Source: an uncultured Prevotellaceae bacterium (GTDB lineage: Bacteria; Bacteroidota; Bacteroidia; Bacteroidales; Bacteroidaceae). From it: a DNA stretch of 43,877 bases. Where the stretch lies: NCBI GenBank assembly GCA_905202115.1, contig CAJKQZ010000001.1, positions 1-43,877 of the forward strand. The letters run 5' to 3'. The position numbers were made by a program, and so were the translations under genes. Shown one piece after another: positions 19,168 through 27,769 of the stretch; position 1 is the stretch's first letter, and the number at the start of each line of letters is the position of its first letter. The notes below the pieces were generated by a model that saw nothing but the letters and a program-made list of their open reading frames with translations, was not told the DNA's origin and made no database searches.

Positions 19168-19207
19168 AAACCGGTCTGAGATATGAAAAAATATCTTAGA
19201 CCGGTTT
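19168..19207 (+). terminator. hairpin after the DJ-1 gene, putative terminator
   Basis: The 17-bp stem is 'aaaccggtctgagatat'/'atatcttagaccggttt' with one G-T pair and a 6-nt loop. The T tail is weak ('ctttat'). It shares the 10-mer 'gtctgagata' with the dispersed repeat. Confidence 0.5.
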
Positions 19208-19350
19208 CTTTATACCTCTTCTGTTTTCTATAAAAACTCCCTGTTATTGTAAAAGTAAACTTCTGTGATGATCTCTTCTCCCATTAAATGTTCTTACTGC
19301 TTGGGTGAAAGCCTGAGGACAAATATTTCATCTTATGGCATGTTTTTTAT

Positions 19351-19523
19351 AGAAGAAAAATTTTTTTGCGTGTAAAAAAACTTCCCGCATGAAATTGAAA
19401 ATACAAGGGAGATAATCGAAAATATGTCTGAGATAATTCAAAATATGTCAGACATATTTTTTGCCATATATACACCTGCTGATTTCCAGGTGCTTGGCCG
19501 CTGACCGTTTTTGTCTGCAAAAC
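19351..19523 (+). repeat. dispersed intergenic repeat, copy D (full)
   Basis: It has the same modules, with one substitution in the right arm ('tatgtcagaca') and the 'caggtg/ggccgctg' sub-variant. It lies in the DJ-1/recG spacer. Confidence 0.92.
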
Positions 19524-19714
19524 AGTCATAGTTTCATTTGTCTTTAATGATTCTAAAGACAGTAAAACCGTTAATAACTTTGGGAAGTCACGGTATGGAT
19601 TATTTTCTTGATTTGAATGGGTAAGCTCTCTTTGTTTGGTGTTCGCCTTTTGCACAATTTGAGTTGAGGTTCCAATATAGACAGCGGCTCGGCAAAGAAA
19701 ATGAACAGGCTTAT

Positions 19715-19745
19715 TTTGCTTTGCTCTCGCCTTTTGCTATATTTG
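19715..19745 (+). promoter_or_regulatory. candidate promoter for recG
   Basis: TTTG (19715..19718), then 19 nt, then 'tatatttg' (19738..19745). This fits the TTTG/TAnnTTTG bipartite consensus and lies 120 nt upstream of the ATG. Confidence 0.5.
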
Positions 19746-19864
19746 CGTGTAATGTTGGAGTAACGGCGGGTATAAACGGTATTTATTCCCTATGCTCCCG
19801 ATAAATAATCTGTCATGGCAAAAAGTAACTATATGTTCTTTTGTTGTAAAGGTTGAATGTACGA

Positions 19865-21958
19865 ATGTTCGATATACTGTCGCAGGATATAAAGTTTCTG
19901 AAAGGAGTAGGGCCTCAGAGAGCCCGTACACTATCTTCCGACATGTCGATAAATACGATTGGCGATTTGCTTGAAACTTATCCTTATCGTTATATCGACC
20001 GTAGCCGTACATATCGTATTGCAGATCTGCGTGACGGTATGTCGTATGTGCAGATACGCGGGCGTATAATTTCATATAGCTCCGAAGGCACAGGCCGTAA
20101 AAAACACCTGAAAGCGTTGTTCAGCGACGGACGGGGGATAATGGAGCTTGTCTGGTTCAGAGGAACGTCATACGTTGAAAAACGTTACAAAACAGGAACC
20201 GATTATATCGCGTTCGGACAACCGCAGGTATTTGGAGGGCGTTGGTCAATGGCTCATCCGGAGCTCGAAGAACCCGATTCGGTTCAGACATCCATAGCAT
20301 TTTATCCTTGCTATCATACATCGGGCGATATGAAGCGGGTGCGTATTACGTCGAAGCAAATGGTCGACTTTGTTGCAGCCGCACTTTCTGCCTTGCGTGC
20401 ACCTTTGCCTGAGACATTGCCGTCTTATATCGTAGAACGTAAAGGTTTATGCAGCCGGAACGAAGCAATCCGTTTTATTCACCGTCCTGAAACGTATGAA
20501 CAAATAGCCGCCGCCGAACGAAGATTGAAGTTCGAGGAACTGTTTTATATTCAGCTTGGCATTCTCAATTATGCGCGTCAACGGCAGGAGCATTCTTCCG
20601 GCCAATGTTTTACCCGCATAGGCGCTTTGTTCAATGGTTTCTATCAATATCATTTGCCCTTTCCTCTTACAGGGGCGCAAAAACGCGTTCTTCGCGAAAT
20701 ACGTGCGGATGTAGGCAGTGGCAAACAAATGAATCGGCTTCTGCAAGGCGATGTAGGTAGCGGCAAAACCATTGTGGCTTTAATGGCAATGTTGATGGCG
20801 CTCGACAATAATCGCCAGGTTTGTTTAATGGCGCCTACCGAAATTCTTGCGGAACAACATTATGAAACAATATCCGAACAACTTGCCGAATTGCCGATAA
20901 GGGTTGATTTACTGACATCTACTGTAAAAGGAAGCAGACGAAAGGACACACTCTCGGCTCTTGCCGCCGGTCAGGTGAATATTCTTATAGGAACCCATGC
21001 CGTTATAGAGGACAATGTGGTTTTTGCACAGTTAGGATTGGTTGTCATAGACGAACAACATCGTTTCGGAGTGGCACAACGTGCTAAGCTGTGGCTGAAA
21101 AGCGCTGCTCCTCCTCATGTCCTGATAATGACGGCCACACCCATTCCGCGCACTCTGGCAATGACGGTTTACGGCGACTTGAATGTTTCTGTTCTTGACG
21201 AACTTCCTCCTGGAAGAAGGCCTGTTTTAACCAGTCATATTTCAAGTGAATATCGCGCGCAGCTATATCAAAAGATTAATATCGAAATATCCAAAGGACA
21301 TCAGATATATTATGTTTTTCCTCTTATAAAGGAAAATGAGAAAATGGATTTGCGCGATCTCGAAAACGGCTTTGAATACTTGAAGAAAGTATTTCCTGAA
21401 AGAAGTATCGCTTATGTACATGGAAAAATTTCTCCTGCAGAGAAAAATGAGATAATGTCCCGTTTCTCAGAAGGAAAAATAGATATACTTGTTGCAACTA
21501 CTGTTATAGAAGTGGGCGTAAACGTGCCTAATGCAACGGTAATGGTGATTGAGGAAGCGCAACGCTTCGGACTTTCCCAACTTCATCAGTTACGTGGAAG
21601 GGTAGGGCGTAACGCAGAACAGGCGTATTGTTTTCTGGTTACTTCCGGAAAACTGGCAAATACGACCCGCAGACGAATAGAAATAATGGTCGAAACAAAT
21701 GACGGCTTTCGTATCTCGGAAGAAGACATGCGTCTTCGCGGCCCCGGCGATCTTCAGGGTACTTTGCAGAGCGGGATGCCTTTCGATCTGCATATTGCCA
21801 ATCTTGCTACCGACGGACTTATTCTTGAAGAAGCACGTGCGTTGGCTCATGAGGTAATAGACTCCGACCCTCAGCGGAATCGCTCTTATAATGATATACT
21901 ATGGAATCAATTATGCATTCTGAAAAAGAATGATATAAATTGGTCGGAAATATCATAG
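19865..21958 (+). CDS. recG: ATP-dependent DNA helicase RecG
   Basis: Helicase motifs 'LLQGDVGSGKT', 'VVIDEQHRFGV', 'MTATPIPRTLA' and 'QLHQLRGRVGR'. The ATG at 19865 (MFDILSQDIKFLKGVG) is preferred over the TTG at 19853. Confidence 0.93.
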   Translation: MFDILSQDIKFLKGVGPQRARTLSSDMSINTIGDLLETYPYRYIDRSRTYRIADLRDGMSYVQIRGRIISYSSEGTGRKKHLKALFSDGRGIMELVWFRGTSYVEKRYKTGTDYIAFGQPQVFGGRWSMAHPELEEPDSVQTSIAFYPCYHTSGDMKRVRITSKQMVDFVAAALSALRAPLPETLPSYIVERKGLCSRNEAIRFIHRPETYEQIAAAERRLKFEELFYIQLGILNYARQRQEHSSGQCFTRIGALFNGFYQYHLPFPLTGAQKRVLREIRADVGSGKQMNRLLQGDVGSGKTIVALMAMLMALDNNRQVCLMAPTEILAEQHYETISEQLAELPIRVDLLTSTVKGSRRKDTLSALAAGQVNILIGTHAVIEDNVVFAQLGLVVIDEQHRFGVAQRAKLWLKSAAPPHVLIMTATPIPRTLAMTVYGDLNVSVLDELPPGRRPVLTSHISSEYRAQLYQKINIEISKGHQIYYVFPLIKENEKMDLRDLENGFEYLKKVFPERSIAYVHGKISPAEKNEIMSRFSEGKIDILVATTVIEVGVNVPNATVMVIEEAQRFGLSQLHQLRGRVGRNAEQAYCFLVTSGKLANTTRRRIEIMVETNDGFRISEEDMRLRGPGDLQGTLQSGMPFDLHIANLATDGLILEEARALAHEVIDSDPQRNRSYNDILWNQLCILKKNDINWSEIS

Positions 21959-22022
21959 GATTATGAAATCTGTTAATCTATTTTGAAATAAAATAATATT
22001 GGTCTTTATATAGAATGAAACC

Positions 22023-24971
22023 ATGAGTAACATACCAAACATGAAAGCATTGGCGTTCAGAGACACGCCATTTGCAAATCTAATGAATAAGCGCATTTAT
22101 AATGTGTTGCTTATCGCGACAACATACGACGCTTTTATTCTTGAAGACGACGGTCGGGTGGACGAACAGATATTTAATGAATACACTTCTTTAAGTCTTA
22201 GCTCTCCTCCCCGTTTCACACAGGTTACAACCGAGGCTGAGGCTTTGAAGGCTTTGGAAGACCGAAATTTTGAGCTTGTTATTTGTATGCCCAACATGGA
22301 CAACCGTGATATCTTCGTTGCGGCAAAGGAGATAAAGCAACGTTATCCGCAAATTCCGATTGTCGTGCTTACTCCTTTCTCAAAAGAAGTATCCAAACGT
22401 GTTGCAAATGAGGATCTGTCGGCTATTGATTACGTATTTAGCTGGCTTGGGAATTCGGAGCTGCTTCTTGCAATAATAAAATTGATTGAAGATAAAATGA
22501 ACGCCCCTTACGACACGGACAGTGTGGGCGTCCAGATAATATTGCTTGTAGAGGATTCAATCCGCTCTTATTCTTCTGCTCTTCCGCTGCTGTATCGTTT
22601 TGTTTTGCAGCAAAGTCTTGAATTTTCAAAAGAAGCTTTGAATGGACATCTTCAAACTCTTCGAATGCGTGGGCGTCCTAAAATAAAGCTTGCCAGAAAC
22701 TACGAAGAGGCAGTCAGGATATTCGAACGCTATAAGCATAATATGTTAGGAATAATATCGGACATGAGTTTTATGCGGGCAGGTAAGAAAGATCCGTACG
22801 CAGGATATAAATTCGGACGTTATGTAAGGCAGTCGGGGTTGATTATTCCTTTTATTCTTGAAAGTTCCGATACAGCCAATGAAGTTTATGCCGGTGAATT
22901 GAAGGCCTCTTTTATTGACAAAAATTCAAAAGCCTACCCTCAAATGCTTCGTCACGAGGTTAACGAGCATTTTGGATTCGGCGATTTCGTGATTGTAAAT
23001 CCCAAAAATCACGAAGAAATAATGCGAATTCGTGATCTTAAGGATTTGCAGCAGAAGATTTTTGCTATTCCCGACGATTCGCTGGTATATCATTTGAGCC
23101 ATAATCATTTCTCCCGCTTTTTTTATTCGCGTGCCATGTTTCCGCCGGCCGAGCTCCTGAAGAAGGTAGACGTAAATGATTATGACGATATGAACGAGGC
23201 TCGTAAATTGATTTTCGACTGTATCGTAGAGTATCGTCGTATGAAGAATTCCGGTGTAGTTGCGATATATAAGCGCGACCGCTTTGATGAATACAGTACG
23301 TTCGCACGGATAGGGAACGGTTCTCTCGGAGGAAAAGGGCGTGGCCTTGCGTTTATGAGCGCAATGCTGAATCGTTATCCGCAGTTGCATTATGAAAATA
23401 TGGATGTAACTATTCCGCGTACAGTTGTGATTTGCACCGATATTTTCGATGAGTTCATGGAAACGAACAATCTGTATTCCATCGCCCTTTCTGACGCTAC
23501 AGACGAGGAAATACTCAACAGTTTCCTTAATGCACGTCTTCCGGATAATCTTCTCGACGACTTGAGCTCGTTTTATGCCGTTGTAAAAAGTCCCATAGCC
23601 GTTCGTTCCTCATCGTTGCTTGAGGATTCGCATTATCAGCCTTTTGCCGGAATTTATTCAACCTATATGGTTCCTCGTATCGCTTCCGACGAATCGCTGG
23701 TTTATTTACGAAATGCAATTAAGGCCGTATATGCTTCTGTCTTTTATAAGGACAGCAAGGCATACATGACATCTACATCGAATCTTATAGACCAGGAAAA
23801 GATGGCTGTCGTGTTACAGGAAGTTATAGGTTCTACATACGGCGACAGGTATTACCCTACTATGTCGGGCGTTGCGCGTTCGCTTAACTTCTATCCTATA
23901 GGTGATGAAAAACCTGAGGAAGGAATAGCCAATATTGCTTTAGGGTTGGGAAAATATATAGTAGACGGAGGTTTGACATTGAGATTCTCGCCGGCTCATC
24001 CGCACAACATATTGCAGACATCCCAGCTGGATATCGCCTTGCGTGAGACGCAAACCAGATTTTACGCTCTTAATTTGCTGAATCTCGGCAAGGATTTATC
24101 TATCGACGATTCCTTTAATTTGTTTAAGTTGAATGTGAAAGAAGCTGTTGGAGACAAATCGCTTAAATACGTAGCTTCTACTTACGATCCTTACGATCAG
24201 GTGCTGAACAGCGGAGTTTATCCGAACGGGAGGAAAGTTGTGACATTTTCCGGTATTCTTGAGAACGATTCTTTTCCTTTGGCCGATGCTCTTACTCAGA
24301 TTCTTAATGTCGGACAGAAGGAAATGGGACGCCCGATAGAAATAGAGTTCGCGCTGAATATAGAGGATAATGAGCGTTGCTCATTTTATCTTTTGCAGAT
24401 AAGACCTATCGTTGATGCCAAAGACGATATGAATGAAGACCTAACTTGTATCAAGAGAGAAGATACGATAATAGAATGTTCCAGCGTATTAGGGCAGGGA
24501 ATAATAAACGATGTCTATGACGTTGTATACGTGAAAAGTCGCAATTTCAATGCACAAAACAATGGCCTTGTGGCTCGTGAAATAGAGAAACTGAATAGGG
24601 AATACATAGAAAAGGGCAATGGCTATGTTTTGGTCGGCCCCGGACGTTGGGGCAGCAGTGACCCGTGGCTCGGTATCCCTGTGAAGTGGCCGCATATCAG
24701 TGGAGCACGCGCCATTGTGGAATGCAGTTTGGAACAGTACAGGGTAGACCCTTCACAGGGAACCCATTTCTTCCAGAACCTGACATCGTTCGGAGTTGGT
24801 TATTTTACGATAGCTCCTTTCAACGGAGAAGGTTTCTTTGATGAAGAGTACCTTAATTCATTGCCGGCTTCGCATGAAACGGAATATATTCGCAGCGTAA
24901 AGTTCAATACTCCCATTCTTATAAAAATGGACGGGCGTCATGGTCGTGGCGTGGTGATGAAGCCGCAATAA
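22023..24971 (+). CDS. receiver-domain / PEP-pyruvate-binding (PPDK_N, ATP-grasp) fusion protein of unknown function
   Basis: 982 aa. Residues ~25-140 form a CheY-like fold that lacks an obvious phospho-acceptor Asp ('ELVICMPNMD'). Residues ~170-290 form a second receiver-like module ('ILLVEDS', 'LGIISDMSF'). Residues ~430-800 are PPDK/PpsA N-terminal-like ('GNGSLGGKGRGLAFM', 'VRSSSLLEDS', 'EIEFALN...LLQIRP'). I saw no swivel-His or PEP TIM-barrel domain. Confidence 0.7.
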   Translation: MSNIPNMKALAFRDTPFANLMNKRIYNVLLIATTYDAFILEDDGRVDEQIFNEYTSLSLSSPPRFTQVTTEAEALKALEDRNFELVICMPNMDNRDIFVAAKEIKQRYPQIPIVVLTPFSKEVSKRVANEDLSAIDYVFSWLGNSELLLAIIKLIEDKMNAPYDTDSVGVQIILLVEDSIRSYSSALPLLYRFVLQQSLEFSKEALNGHLQTLRMRGRPKIKLARNYEEAVRIFERYKHNMLGIISDMSFMRAGKKDPYAGYKFGRYVRQSGLIIPFILESSDTANEVYAGELKASFIDKNSKAYPQMLRHEVNEHFGFGDFVIVNPKNHEEIMRIRDLKDLQQKIFAIPDDSLVYHLSHNHFSRFFYSRAMFPPAELLKKVDVNDYDDMNEARKLIFDCIVEYRRMKNSGVVAIYKRDRFDEYSTFARIGNGSLGGKGRGLAFMSAMLNRYPQLHYENMDVTIPRTVVICTDIFDEFMETNNLYSIALSDATDEEILNSFLNARLPDNLLDDLSSFYAVVKSPIAVRSSSLLEDSHYQPFAGIYSTYMVPRIASDESLVYLRNAIKAVYASVFYKDSKAYMTSTSNLIDQEKMAVVLQEVIGSTYGDRYYPTMSGVARSLNFYPIGDEKPEEGIANIALGLGKYIVDGGLTLRFSPAHPHNILQTSQLDIALRETQTRFYALNLLNLGKDLSIDDSFNLFKLNVKEAVGDKSLKYVASTYDPYDQVLNSGVYPNGRKVVTFSGILENDSFPLADALTQILNVGQKEMGRPIEIEFALNIEDNERCSFYLLQIRPIVDAKDDMNEDLTCIKREDTIIECSSVLGQGIINDVYDVVYVKSRNFNAQNNGLVAREIEKLNREYIEKGNGYVLVGPGRWGSSDPWLGIPVKWPHISGARAIVECSLEQYRVDPSQGTHFFQNLTSFGVGYFTIAPFNGEGFFDEEYLNSLPASHETEYIRSVKFNTPILIKMDGRHGRGVVMKPQ

Positions 24972-25238
24972 GATATGAACAACGTGTGTTATAAAGAAAA
25001 AGCGATAAAAATGACATGGCAATTAGACATACGTTGATGATTGCAGTTTTGCGGTTGTTAATTTGTCTAAACATAGTGCAGAGGGCATTAAATACGAGAA
25101 AGCCACGTTCCCCTTGATTGTGCTAATGTGTGCCGGACGTGGTGTTACGGGCAAACGTTCCGCTGTTTTCTGCAAATAGTGTAATTTTTTATATGTGAAT
25201 TTTTAGAATTTTAATTCAAATAACGAGTTTAAACAAAT

Positions 25239-26426
25239 ATGGCAAACAACATTTATCTCGCATCTAAGCCACGCTATGAGATTCTCGACGGGATGCGTGG
25301 TGTGGCTTCTATCCTTGTGATGTGCTTCCACCTGACTATGGCTTACAATTTCAGCCGCGTTGACACTCCGTTGGGGCACGTATCTATGGCGGTAGACTTC
25401 TTCTTCCTTCTCTCGGGATACGTCATCGGATACGCCTATGATAACCGTTGGGACCGTATGAGCGTGTGGAATTTCTGCAAGCGCCGCCTGGTCAGACTAC
25501 ATCCCATGATAGTCATGGGCACGCTTGTGGGCATGGTGCTGTTCTACTTCACCGGCGTGTACGAGCCGGGCGACCATAGTTCGCACCTCGTTGATCAGAC
25601 GTCCGTTGGCATGCTCATTCTAATAACCCTGTTGGGCATGTTGCTCATTCCCACGCCAAAGAGCCTCGACATACGCGGCTGGAGCGAGACCAACAATCTC
25701 AATCCCGCCCACTGGTCGCTTTTCTTTGAATATATCGCCAACATTCTCTATGCCCTATTCATCCGTAAGTTTTCCAAGAAGGTGTTGGCCGTTTTCGTGC
25801 TGGCGGCGGGCTTCCTTACGTTGGATAAGGCGCTCCATTTGGACGTTTTCGGCATATATGCCGACATGGGCGGCGGGCGCAACTCTATGAGCGGCGGCTT
25901 CTACCTTACTCCGCAGCATTTGTTCATTGGTTTTGTGCGCTTGTTCTACCCGTTCTTCTGCGGACTACTGCTCAGTCGCATAAAAGCACGTATACAGGTG
26001 CGCGGCGGCTTTTGGTGGTGTACCTTTATGCTGATAGTACTGCTGCTGATGCCATTCATTCGGGGCGGAGAAATTGGCACGCCGGGCTGCATGGACGGCA
26101 TATATTACGCCGTAAGCATTCTTGTACTCTTTCCCCTGCTGGTGTGCATGGGAGCAGGTAGCCAGGTGACGGGACGTAGTCGTCGCGTATGCCGCTTTCT
26201 GGGTGATATTTCCTATCCACTTTACGTCACCCACAATCCACTTGCCTTTTTGCAGCGCAAATGGGTCGTGGAGCACCCTGATGCACCTCTCGGCCAGCAC
26301 ATTTTTATCTTTGTCACGCTAAGCTTTACGGCCATAGCACTGGCATGGGCCATGCTCAAACTCTATGACGAGCCCGTGCGCGAGTGGCTCAAGAGGAAGT
26401 TATGGAAGAAAGCAACCGACAAGTAA
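25239..26426 (+). CDS. acyltransferase family 3 (OafA/YrhL-like) integral membrane protein
   Basis: 395 aa and polytopic, with 'ILDGMRGVASILVMCFH', 'VDFFFLLSGYV', 'KRRLVRLHP' and 'ISYPLYVTH' matching Acyl_transf_3 hallmarks. GC is visibly higher than in neighbouring genes. Confidence 0.85.
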   Translation: MANNIYLASKPRYEILDGMRGVASILVMCFHLTMAYNFSRVDTPLGHVSMAVDFFFLLSGYVIGYAYDNRWDRMSVWNFCKRRLVRLHPMIVMGTLVGMVLFYFTGVYEPGDHSSHLVDQTSVGMLILITLLGMLLIPTPKSLDIRGWSETNNLNPAHWSLFFEYIANILYALFIRKFSKKVLAVFVLAAGFLTLDKALHLDVFGIYADMGGGRNSMSGGFYLTPQHLFIGFVRLFYPFFCGLLLSRIKARIQVRGGFWWCTFMLIVLLLMPFIRGGEIGTPGCMDGIYYAVSILVLFPLLVCMGAGSQVTGRSRRVCRFLGDISYPLYVTHNPLAFLQRKWVVEHPDAPLGQHIFIFVTLSFTAIALAWAMLKLYDEPVREWLKRKLWKKATDK

Positions 26427-26447
26427 CTCGTATGCCGAACAAAGATG

Positions 26448-26481
26448 AGGAGCTGCACCACGATCAAGCGGTGCAGCTCCT
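26448..26481 (+). terminator. GC-rich hairpin after the acyltransferase gene; no U-tract
   Basis: The 12-bp stem is 'aggagctgcacc'/'ggtgcagctcct' with a 10-nt loop, 22 nt after the stop. It lacks a T-run, so a terminator function is uncertain. Confidence 0.35.
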
Positions 26482-26622
26482 TGTGCACATATCTTTTACA
26501 GACTTCGTCAATGTGACACTCAAAACTCTGTATTTGTCTTAAATCGATATAGAAAAGCATCTGTATTACCTGTGGGCATCTGTCATGAATATTGCTTGTG
26601 TAGAAAATCTTGTCGGTATTGA

Positions 26623-26727
26623 GGAAAACACTTTCCGCTTGTGAAAAAAATTATCTCAGACATATTTTAAAATATCTCAGAGATAATTCAAAATATGTCT
26701 GAGATAATTTTTCGGGCGTTTTTTGCC
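26623..26727 (+). repeat. dispersed intergenic repeat, copy E (rearranged, core only)
   Basis: The 57-nt near-perfect palindrome at 26651..26707 is made of the family's hairpin arms in swapped order. The 5' module is degenerate ('ctttccgc') and the 3' tail of about 70 nt is absent. Confidence 0.8.
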
Positions 26728-26732
26728 AGCGT

Positions 26733-26763
26733 GAAAAAAGCCACCTGACATTTTGTCAGGTGG
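26733..26763 (-). terminator. Rho-independent terminator for the TIGR02757 gene
   Basis: The 9-bp stem is 'ccacctgac'/'gtcaggtgg' with a 5-nt loop. On the minus strand it is followed by 'cttttttc'. Confidence 0.65.
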
Positions 26764-26856
26764 AAGGATAGTGTCTTCACTTTGCTCTTACGTTGATTGC
26801 TGGTTGCGTTGTACAATTCTTATTCGTATATCAAGAGTTGTTCGTCGTCGGCGAAT

Positions 26857-27591
26857 TTACATTCCGGACGCTTTTATAGTATTTGTATCCTGATTTACTC
26901 CCACGCCGAAAAGCGAAAAATCGCCACGTACCGGATCATCAGGAAAGATTTCTCTCAAGGCTTCAGTTATTCTGATTGCAGCTGCAAGAGAATAGGTCTT
27001 TGATGTAGTAAGGCCGATAGCGTGTGCCACTTGCACCACATGAGTATCCAATGGAATGATAAGATCGGCTGGTGAGAAGCTATTCCAAATACCGAAATCG
27101 ACAGGAGAGTTGCTACGAATCATCCATCGCAGAAACATGTTTATTTTTTTCTGAGGACTTTTGGACGATACGCTAAGAAAGCGGCACATGCGTTCCATTG
27201 CTGTACCTTCAAGTGTATTTAGATAATCCTCCATATCTTGGAATTGAGAATAGACATGGAAAAGACGGTCGAATATTTTTCTGAAATCCGAATACGACAT
27301 CATTCTGTAAAAACTGTCGTTCCTGTCTGTTGGAAAATCCATTTCAAAGCGGCGGGACAGAATGTATTCTTTAGGTCGGCCGTGCATTGTTCCGCATAAT
27401 TTATCGGCTTTGGCTATTATCTGCTTTCTGTTGCCGAAACTCATCAAGGCGGTGAGCAATCCGGATATTTCGATGTCGCATTTGTCGGAAAATCTATGCG
27501 GAAACTGAACCGGATCGTGTGAAATAAAATCCGGTTGTTCGTATTTTTCGGCTGCTTTAATAAGGCTTGTTTTTAGTTTTTCTGAAATCAT
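26857..27591 (-). CDS. TIGR02757 (DUF2400) family protein
   Basis: 'DPVQFPHRFSDKCDIEISGLLTALMSFGNRKQI' and 'IPLDTHV' resemble the TIGR02757 family as I recall it. The ATG at 27591 (MISEKL) is preferred over the TTG at 27621. Confidence 0.7.
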   Translation of the reverse strand: MISEKLKTSLIKAAEKYEQPDFISHDPVQFPHRFSDKCDIEISGLLTALMSFGNRKQIIAKADKLCGTMHGRPKEYILSRRFEMDFPTDRNDSFYRMMSYSDFRKIFDRLFHVYSQFQDMEDYLNTLEGTAMERMCRFLSVSSKSPQKKINMFLRWMIRSNSPVDFGIWNSFSPADLIIPLDTHVVQVAHAIGLTTSKTYSLAAAIRITEALREIFPDDPVRGDFSLFGVGVNQDTNTIKASGM

Positions 27592-27707
27592 AGTGTTGCA
27601 AAGTAACGCATTTTGTGGCAATATACCATGTCGCTTATTTGTTAAAAAGCTCTCTGCGGCTTTTAAAAATGCCTTAAATCAGACATTACTTAATTTTTGA
27701 TGCGTTG

Positions 27708-27741
27708 TTTGTTACCGAATGAGAAAAATTGAGTACCTTTG
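27708..27741 (+). promoter_or_regulatory. candidate promoter for gyrA
   Basis: TTTG (27708..27711), then 22 nt, then 'tacctttg' (27734..27741), 29 nt upstream of the ATG. Confidence 0.45.
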
Positions 27742-27769
27742 AAACTCGATTTGAACAACCAAAAACATA

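Noticed and set aside
19347-19655. 102-aa minus-strand ORF overlapping repeat copy D, and likewise the 112-aa ORF at 36897..37235 overlapping copy G.
   Set aside because: The two ORFs read the shared repeat in different frames and give unrelated peptides. They are low-complexity and AT-driven, and other copies are closed in these frames.
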